Positions 38,601-49,516 of a stretch of 64,000 nucleotides of DNA are shown here, piece after piece. The stretch is from the NCBI GenBank assembly GCA_964016885.1, contig OZ024754.1, positions 42,656,001-42,720,000 on the forward strand, given 5' to 3'. Every line of letters begins with the position of its first letter. Within the stretch, counting starts at the first letter, position 1. Position numbers and translations under genes: made by a program. Origin of the DNA: Eledone cirrhosa (taxonomy: Eukaryota). The notes below the pieces were generated by a model. It made no database searches, was not told the origin of the DNA, and saw only the letters and a program-made list of their open reading frames with translations.

Positions 38601-41600
38601 GCTCTCCTGCTGGTGAGGTAGTAACAGTTACAGAAACACCATGTTTGATATCGGAATTAAAACATCCAGCACTTCTTACAGGTGATCCAATGCTGCCCCA
38701 GGTAACTTTTCTTTTTTATATAATAATAGTTGTTTCTAGTTTGGGGAGGGGAAAGTCGATTAAATCACTCCCAGTGCATTACTGGTACTTTATTTTATCG
38801 ATCCCATAAGGATAAAAGACAAAGTTAACCTCGGCGGGATTTGAACTCAGAACATAAAGGGATGTACCTATATGCCCCAAAGCATAGTGTTCGTGGCTCT
38901 ACCAATACTGCTAATCCACCGTCTTTTTTTTATAATAATAATGAAAATTATTGTGTACAGTGCTCGGGTGCACTACAACTCATCAAAGGTGCATGTATAG
39001 TACATAGTATAATGTAGAAATGTCAGGAAAGTGAACAGTATATGAGTCATGATATACATACAGACACACACACACACATATGGGTGCCTGTGTATGGAGG
39101 GGGAATATCAGGTGTAGTGATGGTGAATTTCAGGAAACATGGAACTTTTGAGGGATGCAGTGTCCTGACAGCTAACAACTTATTATCAATGTTTTTAGAA
39201 TAATTTCTTTAATATTGTATTTTTGTGGTTTAATTAATTAATTGGGTTTTTTTTAATTGTAACTTTATTTTTTAAAACTAGTGTTTTATATTGTTTAGGC
39301 AGGCATGGTTGTGTGGTTAAGGGATTTGGTTGGGAACCAGATTATAAAACTGTTCTTGTCGATTCTATAATAGATAAATTTTATTTTTACGAACTGAATT
39401 GTGGTCTAGCTTCTGAAACAATTGTAAACCAATAAATATATTTGTTCAAGAATTTGGTACTGTATTCTATAACAATGTATATATATATCATTCATCATTT
39501 TTCATCATTTCACTTTACGTCCACTTTTTCCCTGCTTGCAAAGGTGGGACGGGAATTGATTCTGGCTTGATTTCTACAGCTGGATGCCCTTCCTAACACC
39601 AACCTCATTTACAGTGAGTGCTGGGTGCTTTTTTGCCGTGGCGCCTACACGTCCACTTTGCAGTGGAATGATATGGACCCCAGTCCTTATCATCTCATTT
39701 CTACAGCTGAGTTAACTGGAGCAATGTGAAATAAAGTGTCTTGCTCAAGGAAACAACACATCACCCGGTCTGAGAATTGAACTCACAACCTTTCGATTGC
39801 AAGGCCAATGCTCTAACCACTAAGCCATGTGCCTATATATGTGTGTGTGTGTGTTTTTAGTGACTGGTCTGCGCAGACCCATTCAACCCTTGTTAGCAGG
39901 ACAAGTGGATAGTAACTGAAAATGATGATGTATATATGACAGACATTTACTAAGTCGACATCTGCCAAATTTCACTCAAGATATATAGTAAAGAACACTT
40001 TACATTTTCTGAATAAATTTCATCTGTAACTTTATTTTCTAGATGCAGATCTTTGAAAATTTTAAAGGAGTTCAAGGAGAAGATTTAAAGTTTGAAGCCC
40101 CTGAAGTATCTGGAGAGGAGCTGAAGTTTGTCTATTCCCCTGCCACAGTATCTTCTCCAGTCACTTATATGAAAGTCACTAGACAACCATCCATTGTTTC
40201 AAACCCTAGTGATTTGTCATACAAAGACACCAATCAACCAACTAAGCTTTCAAACCTCAGAGACCAGTTATGCCAAGTCACTAGACAACCAACTAAGTTT
40301 TCAAGTCCCAGAGAGCAGTTGTACGAAGTCACTAGGCAACCATCCATGCTTTCAAACCCCAGAGACCAGTCATGCGAAGTTACTAAACCTACTATGCTTT
40401 CAAACCCCAGAGATCAGTCCTACGAAGTTACTAGACCTACTATACTTTCAAACCCCAGAGACCAGTCCTACGAAGTTACTAGACCTACTATGCTTTCAAA
40501 CCCCAGAGACCAGTCCTACGAAGTTACTAGACCTACTATACTTTCAAACCCCAGAGATCAGTCCTACGAAGTTACTAGACCTACTATGCTTTCAAACCCC
40601 AGAGACCAGTCCTACGAAGTTACTAGACCTACTATGCTTTCAAACCCCAGAGATCAGTCCTACGAAGGTACCCAACAACATACTATGCTTTCAAACCCCA
40701 AAGATTTGTCATACAAAATCACTAAACAGCCATCCAAGCTATCAGACTCCCGAAATTTATCCTACAAAATCACCAAACAACCGGTCATATTAAGTCCTAA
40801 TGATCTGTTGTTCAAAGAGACAGCATTAGTAAACCCTGCAAACTGTGATTACCCAGATAAATCTACACCAGATGACTGTGGCCAGCCACTCAAGTACCGC
40901 TTACAGAGGCAGTTAAGGAGCGCCATTGGGAAAAAAGGTGAATTTTCATTAAATAGGGTGTTTTTTTTCCTTTCTCAGTCGAGCCATTTGAAATGTGCAG
41001 GGATATTATACAATCTCATCTCTTTTCTTCTACTACCATCATCTCCCTTCCCTTTTCTTGCTTCTGGCTTCTTAACAGACAAGACAACTCCTCTAGTCAT
41101 TGATGCCACTATAAAATGCACTTAGTACACTTTGGTGTTAGGGAAGGCATCCAATTGTAGAAACGATTTTGTTACCAACCCGGCCAAAACAGGCTCTGGT
41201 TCTATGAAATAAAGTCGCCCATTTCCAAGGTTTCCAATTTATATTAAAATCTTCCAACATAATTTTATAGAAGAACCTTACATTAAGTTACTATCCTACC
41301 ATCCCAGCCAAAACCAGCTCTGCTTTTATGAAATAAAGTTACTATCTTAGTAAATCCCTCAAAATACTTTGTTAATTAATTAAAATAATAGTGTATTTCA
41401 GTAGATATGCAGTAATGAAAAGGTTAATTTAATTTTTGTTATAAATTCTTCCAGATGACGACCAGTTTGAATCATATGAGTGGAAGTTCCATCAAGTGGC
41501 CAATATACGGCGCCAAAAGATGGATAGAAGATCTTGTGATAAGAAATTACCTGTTACAGTTGAGCAACCATTTGAGATACAGGAAAGGTTTGATCCTATT

Positions 41601-44600
41601 TCCTTTATAGTTTACTATTTTATTCTTTTGCTGTTGGTGATCTATACAAGAAATGCTCCCACTACACTCTGTAAAGTGATTTTTTCTATTTTTACAGTAA
41701 AATAAAGACAGATAAGAATGAATGTAGACCGAAAATAGACCACAGGCGTGTTTCTTGGATGAATGGGTTTATGATGTTCAGTCAGATGAATAGGAGAACA
41801 TTTATTAAGTAAGTTAATTGTTTCTACTTTTTGGCACAAGGCCAGCAATTACCCAGTGCATTACTGGTACTTTATTTTATCGACCCCGTAAGGATGAAAG
41901 GCAAAGTCAACCTCGGCGGGATTTGAACTCAGATCGTAAAGGGACGTAACTATGCTGGAAAGCATGGCGTCCGACCCTCTACCGATACTGCCAACCCACC
42001 GCCTTTATTAAGTTAGTTAACCCACCTTGATTTATCTTATTGATCTGAGATTTGGTCTTGTAAAGTATTGATTAATATTCCCCTTTGTCAAATTGTGTGA
42101 GGGTATGGAGGGGAGGGTCTTGCTTGAGAAGAAAGGATACCTGTGAGGTGGAAGGGCTGATATAGCAACTATCATTGGTTGTTCTGGACTTGTCACCATG
42201 GTGGGGGTGGCTGATGTAGTGGCTATCAATGGTTCTGAACCTGTCACCATGGTGGGAAGCTGTGGAGAGGTCTTGCCTGAGAAGAAAGGATCCCATTGTA
42301 GCAGCTATCATTGGTTGTTCTGGATCTGATACCATGGTGGGGAGCAGGGTAGTGGTGACAGTAGCTGGCACTCACTCCCATCCATACTTTTCAATGGTGC
42401 ACCTGCAGATATTTAGAATAAATTACAGCGATGTGCTTACTCCAAAACTCTGCCTTGGAATTATTGCAAGTTCTAGGGCTCACCCAGAATGTTCTGAAGT
42501 CTCACCAAAGCCTGGCGCTAAGTCTGGGCTATTCCCTGTGTCGCAATGTTTCCACCATCTTGACCACTGATGAGTCAGCTGAAATATAATCACCCTCACC
42601 AAAAACATAGAAATTCTCCCTACTATTTACTTTCTTTTCTTTGTTTTTTGTTTTTGTCATCTGTTAAATGTATTAGTTACACTGTTGTTTTGTTAATGTT
42701 AAATACCTGGGGTATTTTTTTTTCATTGTTTAATCTTTAGAAGATTATCTAATTTACAATGATTGTTAATCATGAAATTATAATACTTTGTTTTAACCCT
42801 TTAGTATTTACATTACTCTATATATACTATTGTATTTTCACAGTAAAGTTTTTATCTCTATAATATCGAAGATTTTGATATTATTTATTTTGAGAACATA
42901 AGTATGAGTGGCCAGTTATGGCCGGTTTGAGCAGAAAGAGATGAAAGAATTCTGGCCAGATATGGCTGGTTAAAATGCTAAAGGGTTAAATAACAGAAAC
43001 TTCTAACTGCAGTGTTTCTTGTCGAAGTGGATCTGTTTTCAGAACTTATATATTTTTTATAACAAATATGTTGCAGTTTTGAACTTACAAATTATGTTTA
43101 AATATATATATGAAGGATCCGGTACCCCAACAGCTGAGCTACTGTGGTTTCAACAGTTATTTCCAAACAGTTTGGAAATAACTGTTGAAACAGCAGGAGT
43201 TCAGCTTCAGCCGTCAGGGTCCTGAATCCTTCATATTACCACATTCTACTACCCCAAGTATCAAATACTCTGGTGAGTAATGGTCTACGTGGAAAATGGA
43301 CGTTAAACGAAGATGATGATGATTATCTATTATTAAAGCTGTTACACTGCCAATTTTGTCATGACCTCACTGTGATAATAGTTATAATTTGATATCTTCC
43401 AGTGCTAACCCTGGTTTTCACACATCTCACATTAGTAAAATGATGGGACATACTTGGAGGAATATGCCTGAAGATAAACAAAGACCTTACAAGTAAGTCT
43501 TTTTCATTTACCATATATGCCAGTGTACAAGTCGACTTTTGGAGCCTAAAAATATCTTTCCAAAACCAGGGGTCGACTTGTCTGCCAAATATAAAATGTG
43601 AACCTTTACCACTGAGGGGTAAACAGTGAAACTGCCTAACACTCGTTGTACACCACTTACCATAACTCTAGCCGTCCACTACAATTATTTCCTACTGAAT
43701 CTCATATTTGTTAAGTTTATTTAACGTAGAGATTATAATAATATCAATGACTTGCTGTAGCTCATAGGGTAGGTTAGCATAGCTTCGTTAAGGTTAGGCT
43801 AGGCTGGTTTACCCAGTGAGTTAGAACTGGCTTACAACTGAAGTGTTTTAGGAAGAAGTGTCTCTTAGCCTTTTGTGCAAATAAAGAATGGCAAGCACAT
43901 CTAGGGCTGGGGAGATGGTACTGCCTTATGTGGGGGGAGGGGGGTCCTCTTATCTGGCGAATATAAGCCTAAATCTGAATTACACCTCAGAATTTTAGGG
44001 GTTGATCTATGTGCCAGATCGACTTGTATGCTGGCATATGCGGTAATGTTCGCCCCAATAATATATTATGTATAAATTAGCAAAAATAAAGGAGGCAGTG
44101 AATTGTCAAAGTTGAAACAACATAGAATACCTTGCAGCATTTGTTTCTACTCTCTATACTCTGTTAAGATCCCATCGGGTCAGTTTTATCTTTTATTCTT
44201 TCCAGGGTTGATTATAAAAGTACCAGTTTAATACTGGGGGGTTGATTCTTCCTCTATATCTCTGACGTAAAATGGTGAAGTAGATGATGAGTATTTATTT
44301 GTTATTTATTTAATGTTATTTCCAGGGAGAAGGCTCAAAAATATGCACAAAACATGCAAGATGCTCTTCTCATGAACATTCCGGAATCATTTGAAAGTCT
44401 TCCCACAGCTGATGCTGAACAACATAGCTCAGATAAAGACCTTAACTTTACCAATACAGCATATATTGAACAACATAGCTCAGATAAGGACCTTAACTTT
44501 ACCAATACAGCAGATATTGAACATAGCTCAGATAAGGACCTTAACTTTACCAATATAATATATATTGAAGAACATAGCTCAGATAAGGACCTTAACTTTA

Positions 44601-45682
44601 CCAATACAGCAGATATTGAACATAGCTCAGATAAGGACCTTAACTTTACCAATACAACAGTTATTGAACATAGCTCAGATAAGGACCTTAACTTTACCAA
44701 TCCAATAGTTATTGAACATAGCTCAGATAAGGACCTTAACTTTACCAATCCAATAGTTATTGAACATAGCTCAGATAAGGACCTTAACTTTACCAATCCA
44801 ATAGTTATTGAACATAGCTCAGATAAGGACCTTAACTTTACCAATACAGCAGATATTGAACATAGCTCAGATAAGGACCTTAACTTTACCAATATAACAT
44901 ATATTGAAGAACATAGCTCAGATAAGGACCTTAACTTTACCAATACAATAGTTATTGAAGATAGCTCAGATAAGGACCTTAACTTTACCAATACAGCAGA
45001 TATTGAACATAGCTCAGATAAGGACCTTAACTTTACCAATCCAATAGTTATTGAACATAGCTCAGATAAGGACCTTAACTTTACCAATCCAATAGTTATT
45101 GAACATAGCTCAGATAAGGACCTTAACTTTACCAATCCAATAGTTATTGAACATAGCTCAGATAAGGACCTTAACTTTACCAATCCAATAGTTATTGAAC
45201 ATAGCTCAGATAAGGACCTTAACTTTACCAATCCAATAGTTATTGAACATAGCTCAGATAAGGACCTTAACTTTACCAATCCAATAGTTATTGAACATAG
45301 CTCAGATAAGGACCTTAACTTTACCAATACAGCAGATATTGAACATAGCTCAGATAAGGACCTTAACTTTACCAATATAACATATATTGAAGAACATAGC
45401 TCAGATAAGGACCTTAACTTTACCAATATAACATATATTGAAGAACATAGCTCAGATAAGGACCTTAACTTTACCAATACAATAGTTATTGAAGATAGCT
45501 CAGATAAGGACCTTAACTTTACCAATACAGCAGATATTGAACATAGCTCAGATAAGGACCTTAACTTTACCAATAGAGCAGATATTGAACATAGCTCAGA
45601 TAAGGACCTTAACTTTACCAATACAATAGTTATTGAGCAACATAGACCAAATAGTGACCTTAACTTTACCAATACAGAATGA
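26550..45682 (+). CDS. bHLH + HMG-box transcription factor, MEIOSIN/BHMG1-like (14 exons, about 1210 aa)
   Basis: Exons 26550-26556, 30848-31071, 32698-32858, 33462-33546, 34578-34707, 35042-35112, 36692-36893, 38065-38123, 38594-38701, 40043-40937, 41455-41587, 41698-41808, 43403-43492, 44326-45682. All GT-AG with consistent phases; total 3633 nt. bHLH: HRESERVRHRTLNELMNKLYKQIP..KGTKVVTMQRAICYIVYLE. HMG box: WMNGFMMFSQMNRRTFINANPGFHTSHISKMMGHTWRNMPEDKQRPYKEKA. The 7-nt first coding exon (ATGGAAG|gtaggt) is the least certain part. Confidence 0.85.
28691..28782 (-). tRNA. tRNA-Lys(UUU) with a 19-nt intron (28727-28745)
   Basis: Minus strand reads GCCCGCATAGCTCAGTCGGTAGAGCATCAGACTTTTA[ATGACGTCATCTACAAGTC]ATCTGAGGGTCGTGGGTTCAAGTCCCCCTGTGGGCG. 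It gives a 73-nt cloverleaf after removing the intron at 37/38. A and B boxes are intact and a T5 terminator lies a few nt downstream. One T-stem mismatch (U50:C64). Confidence 0.92.
29494..29610. repeat. 117-bp near-perfect inverted repeat (foldback element) with TA at both ends
   Basis: 57-bp arms with one mismatch and a 3-nt loop (acg). Confidence 0.9.
29983..30720. repeat. Two adjacent AT-rich minisatellites (22-24-bp and about 19-bp units)
   Basis: Unit ttacattactatatatatacta (29983-30388) matches the MITE subterminal sequence; unit catctgtactatactataa spans about 30458-30715. Confidence 0.85.
31123..31320 (+). mobile_element. CORE-type SINE variant, second copy
   Basis: Near-identical to 12134-12330. 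Confidence 0.75.
31912..32497. repeat. 46-bp minisatellite
   Basis: Unit tacactacattcaccatccatgtttcagcaccatgtacatcacaca. Confidence 0.9.
32994..33402. repeat. 48-bp minisatellite containing an AAAGGGTTAA MITE-like terminus
   Basis: Unit gacagtgtctttcattagaaatatggtaatgaaagggttaatgacata. Confidence 0.88.
33780..33974. repeat. 40-bp minisatellite, about 5 copies
   Basis: Unit ttatgacaatgtcaccccttatcctgtacttcaaccctta. Confidence 0.85.
34030..34247. mobile_element. piggyBac-type MITE
   Basis: Same TIRs and TTAA flanks as 5439-5685. Confidence 0.82.
34750..34975 (+). mobile_element. RTE-like LINE 3' fragment
   Basis: Encodes GSRGSGRPRKIWLK, the RTE C-terminal GRP..W motif. A similar decayed remnant lies at about 25330-25600. 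Confidence 0.55.
36054..36399. mobile_element. piggyBac-type MITE with an internal tandem triplication
   Basis: Same TIRs and TTAA flanks. An internal segment of about 67 bp is repeated three times. Confidence 0.8.
37620..38038. mobile_element. Nested pair of piggyBac-type MITEs (inner copy 37713-37919)
   Basis: The inner copy sits in the outer copy's internal TTAA, which appears at both 37709-37712 and 37920-37923. Confidence 0.8.
39510..39833 (-). mobile_element. CORE-type SINE family B
   Basis: Near-identical to 21955-22276. Confidence 0.85.
40170..40790 (+). repeat. Coding tandem repeat (51-54-bp unit) in exon 10 of the bHLH-HMG gene
   Basis: Encodes TRPT(M/I)LSNPRDQSYEV: about 6 near-perfect copies with degenerate flanking copies. 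Confidence 0.88.
41815..42003 (-). mobile_element. SINE family A
   Basis: Full-length copy directly after the exon-12 donor of the bHLH-HMG gene. Other copies or fragments lie near 16757-16920, 21065-21168, 38726-38922, 50058-50182, 61245-61437 and 63959-64000. Confidence 0.85.
42797..42985. mobile_element. piggyBac-type MITE
   Basis: Same TIRs and TTAA flanks. More copies near 17903-18250, 38197-38398, 50216-50600 and 55628-55830. Confidence 0.8.
43108..43236. repeat. Degenerate foldback element related to 29494-29610
   Basis: atatgaaggat..gtttcaacagttatttccaaac|ag|tttggaaataactgttgaaac..atccttcatat. Confidence 0.7.
43509..44045. mobile_element. Non-autonomous Tc1/mariner (pogo/Tc2-like) DNA element
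   Basis: TA|CCATATATGCCAGTGTACAAGTCGA ... TCGACTTGTATGCTGGCATATGCGG|TA: imperfect TIRs, TA flanks and subterminal AGGGGTCGACTT motifs. A similar small element lies at about 37054-37203. Confidence 0.7.
44405..45679 (+). repeat. Coding tandem repeat (48/51-bp unit, about 26 copies) forming the C-terminus of the bHLH-HMG protein
   Basis: Encodes IEHSSDKDLNFTN(TAD/PIV/ITY..). Confidence 0.92.
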
Positions 45683-47302
45683 CCATAGGTCAATTTTCTG
45701 TAGATTATCAATATGATTTATTTAACCATAGTCAAATGTGTTAGTTAAAAGTTATAAAGGAATTATTGAAATCTAAATTTATAAAAATGAAAGACCAAAA
45801 AAAAAAAAAAAAATTCTGTTATTTAGGAAATTAAACTGACTGAAATTTCCAATTTTGTTTTGTTTTTTTTTTCATTTATTTTATTTATTATAGTTCTAGA
45901 GTTTAGCTTTGCCTTTCATCCTTACAAGGTTAATAAAATAAAGTACCAGTAATGCACTGAGGTCAATTTAATTGACTTTTTCCTCTCCCAAAAATTGTTC
46001 TTGTGCCTGAATCAGAAACCATATTTCAAAATGTTTAAAACTTATAGATAACGAAAATGATTGTGAAAGGTTTAAACCTTTTATTATATTTCAAATGAAA
46101 GGCACTATTTGAATTAATTCATGTAGAATTTTGAGGGATTTACTAAATTTATTATTTCATTATTAAGAAACTATGTGCATTTAGTTTAGAACAGAAAACT
46201 CTAACTTTAATTTACTATAAATTTTCACAAGTCTCTCTTAGTAAAAATACTATAAACATATGAATTAACCAATTTTTTTAGATATTTACTGCAATCAGTA
46301 TTAATACTTCATATACTCCTGGGTCCCAAATAATGAGGGGGGAGTCAGTCATTTTTCTAGGTCGTCTCTATTGGTGTGTTTTTAAAAACCAGAATTAGTT
46401 GTTTAGTTTACACATAGACTCCCAACCCATCCTATTTGTTTCATAACGTATGATATTTTTGGTAATGTACTTTTGTTGTCATGTATCATGTTTTTTTAAT
46501 ATATAAAGAAAATGAGCAAAATTTGATAAGTGAAGGGGAGACAATTATTTGAGAGTACTGTTTATGTCCTGGTTTTTAGAATTGGTACAGCATATCCCTG
46601 CATAACATCAGGAAGAGCATCTAGTTGTAAAACAGATTCAAAAGGCTCTCTCCAACCCATGTCATGGAAAAGCAGGCATGAAAACAAAAATGAGAATGAT
46701 GATATAAGTAATTTTATCATCCTCTCATAATTTTGAAAATAACCATTCTTGATTATTTAAAAAATTATATGAAAATTATAGGCAGTGTCTTTTATTATAA
46801 ATATCATTAAAAAAGGGTTAAATATAAGCCAGAAAAGATTGTGATCCTAAACTTTGTCACAAGAGATATGTGCCAAGGGTTAAATAAATGTGAAAAAGAA
46901 AGCTCTAGAAGGCAAACGTGTTTAAGGTTAATACGATTATTTTTTTAATTTAAACACTTTTAAGCTTTTGTTTATTTTAGTTTCAATATTTATAACACAT
47001 ATTACAAATGAATCTGAAGTACTTCTAAGCAAATAAATAGAGTTTATAGTTGATTAAAATATAAATACATGTTTTAAAAAATGTATGTAAGAGGAGTAAA
47101 AAGGGTGACATACCCATTGTTAGTTTGAAATTCAATGAACATATTTTCACAAAGACTACAAAAACAAAGCCCAACATTAAAATAATAATCTTAGATCTAT
47201 TGTAATGATTTACATTTCGTTTGTAATTCTTTTCTGTTAAGAAAAACAAGATCCTTCTTGAATTCTGTTAGTTTTTAAGCTTCCCTCTTTGTATATTTCT
47301 TT

Positions 47303-47929
47303 TCAAAGCAAATGTGGGGCAAAATACTTGACAAATGGGTTGTTTTTATCTTCTCCAAAAATAAAATCTAGCCATGCATTTACATATTCATCCTGGCTCA
47401 TTTTACCAACGTGATTTTTCACCATACATTCAAAAACTTTCTGAATTGTCTCCTTGTTATCATATCCGAAACAAGCCAAACCCTTTTCAAGTTCCTCGCA
47501 TGTTATAAAGCCATCTTTGTCAAAGTCAAATATTTGAAAAAATAAAGTGACAGCTGACTTAAGACTGTTCCGAGCTATAAGGGGGTCGGCTGTCATAAGC
47601 TGTCCAAGGGCACCAATATATTCATCCTCAGAGATTTTGGCACCGTTTTTAATGGCTTCTGCCATTTGTGCTACCATTGGCATAATGTCACCACTATGTT
47701 CACTGTCAACTTTTTTAAACCCATCAACAAGCCATCCATAAATTTCTTTTGCTCTTTCATCATCTAAGTTATATTGCACAGCAAAGCGATTAGCAATCAG
47801 TTCAAAGTCTTCTTTAGCCATGAATCCATCTTTTGTGGTATCCATCATTTTAAACCAAACTCTTATTTTTTCCTTCACAAAATCAGAAAAATGAATGTTA
47901 TCAGTTGAAATTTCTTCTATATGTGACAT
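47303..47929 (-). CDS. Sarcoplasmic calcium-binding protein (SCP)/calexcitin-family EF-hand protein, 208 aa, uninterrupted CDS
   Basis: First ATG at 47929 (MSHIEEIST). EF loops DTTKDGFMAKED and DFDKDGFITCEE are canonical; EF2 and EF4 are degenerate. N-terminal SDFVKEKIRVWF and C-terminal AWLDFIFGED..F.P.L fit the invertebrate SCP pattern. Confidence 0.85.
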   Translation of the reverse strand: MSHIEEISTDNIHFSDFVKEKIRVWFKMMDTTKDGFMAKEDFELIANRFAVQYNLDDERAKEIYGWLVDGFKKVDSEHSGDIMPMVAQMAEAIKNGAKISEDEYIGALGQLMTADPLIARNSLKSAVTLFFQIFDFDKDGFITCEELEKGLACFGYDNKETIQKVFECMVKNHVGKMSQDEYVNAWLDFIFGEDKNNPFVKYFAPHLL

Positions 47930-47959
47930 GATGTGAAAGTAGTTAGCACTGGAGAGGGA

Positions 47960-48130
47960 GAGATAGATATAGAGTGTTGTTACCACTGGACAGAGAAATA
48001 GATGTAGTGGGTGTTGTTACCACTGGACAGAGAAATAGATGTAGAGTGTGTTGTTACCACTGGACAGAGAAATAGATGTAGTGGGTGTTGTTACCACTGG
48101 ACACAGAGAAACAGTGTAGAGTGTGTTGTA
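47960..48130. repeat. 37-39-bp minisatellite upstream of the SCP-like CDS
   Basis: Unit gtgttgttaccactggacagagaaatagatgtagtgg. Confidence 0.8.
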
Positions 48131-49481
48131 TGAAAGATCACAGATGAAATGTTTATATTTCTCTGTAGAATTTGTCCTTTTAAATCAAATCTTGATCAGA
48201 TTATCTAAATTAAGCTGATTAACAATTTCACCAGCAATAAGATTAAGTATTTAATCTCTGAAATAGGCAGAAAAAATTACATTATTCATTTGTTAATTGT
48301 ATCTGGGGAAAATATCTTATTTCAAAGCTAAAAATAGCATCTATACCAGTTATGGGAATTTTCTCCATATGTGTGATGGGTGAAGTGGATGAGGTGTTGG
48401 AGTAGACCTCTATATGAAACAAGTTCATGAGTTCAGATCTTTGTATATTTTATTGCCATTTGGGTCTTGGAAATATGTGTTGCTGTTTGTATCCCAGTTT
48501 TTAGAATAAATACATTCTATCCCTTAGACCAATTACATCAATTGTCAAGTCAAGAGTACTCAAACTATACAGTCATATAAAGTAGGTTATGCTTGGAAGG
48601 AAGGTTGGCTGATAAGAGAAGCAGAGGCCGGCAGCCAAAACGATGGCTTGACAATGTCAATTCAAGAGGTCCCTGCATGTCATAAGAGTCAACTAAAAGG
48701 GTTGGTGTCAGAAAGGGCATCCAACTGTAAGGATGAAAGGCAAAGTTAACCTCGGCGAATTTGCACTCAGAACATAAAGGGCCATGACTCTGTGTTGCAG
48801 AGCATGGTGTCTGATGGTAATGTTGAATATATTTAATTAGTTTACATATTACTGGATATATGAACAATCATACAAACTGGGAAATTTGAGTTTTGGTAAA
48901 TTTATGGTTTGCATAAAAGAAACCCTATAGTTTGTGATGATTGCATGGTCCAGTAATTTCTAAGGGAGTTGTATTGATGCAGCATTTCTTTGGCAATTTT
49001 AAACCTTGTGGAGCCCATCTTTCCAGGTCAAAATACAGCAGATTTCTTCGATAGAGAGTGAGAGAATGGAAGAGATATAGAGGAAGAATCAACCCCAGTA
49101 CTTGACTGGTACTTTTTTTATTGATCTTGATCTTGAATAGCTGGAAAGGCAAAGTTGACCTTGGTGGGATTTGAGCAGAGAGTGAGAATTAACACCACAA
49201 AGTATTCTATCCGATGCTCTGCCAATTCACCGCCTTATGATAATTACTGATATGTGAAAGCAATTAAAGAAGATATTTTAATAATTTATATCTAGGATAT
49301 AATTACATATTCAGAAAATATGTACAAATGACTTACGGGATTAAATGTAGGAGAAATAACTGTTTAGAGGGGCAAATGTTGGACATGATTAGAAAGCAAC
49401 CACTTCTTATTGTAGCAACATGACTGACATAGGAAACGCATTTATGTTTGTGTGTGTAAATGTTTAAAGAGTTACTGATGG

Positions 49482-49516
<35 letters not shown>

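Noticed and set aside
42567-42600. CTGATGAG...GAAA hammerhead-like string
   Set aside because: No credible stem II and no stem I or III pairing.
44335-45711. 458-aa Leu-rich antisense ORF resembling an LRR protein
   Set aside because: It is the mirror of the coding repeat. The plus frame is the one spliced in phase to the HMG box, and a stop-free unit stays open on both strands.
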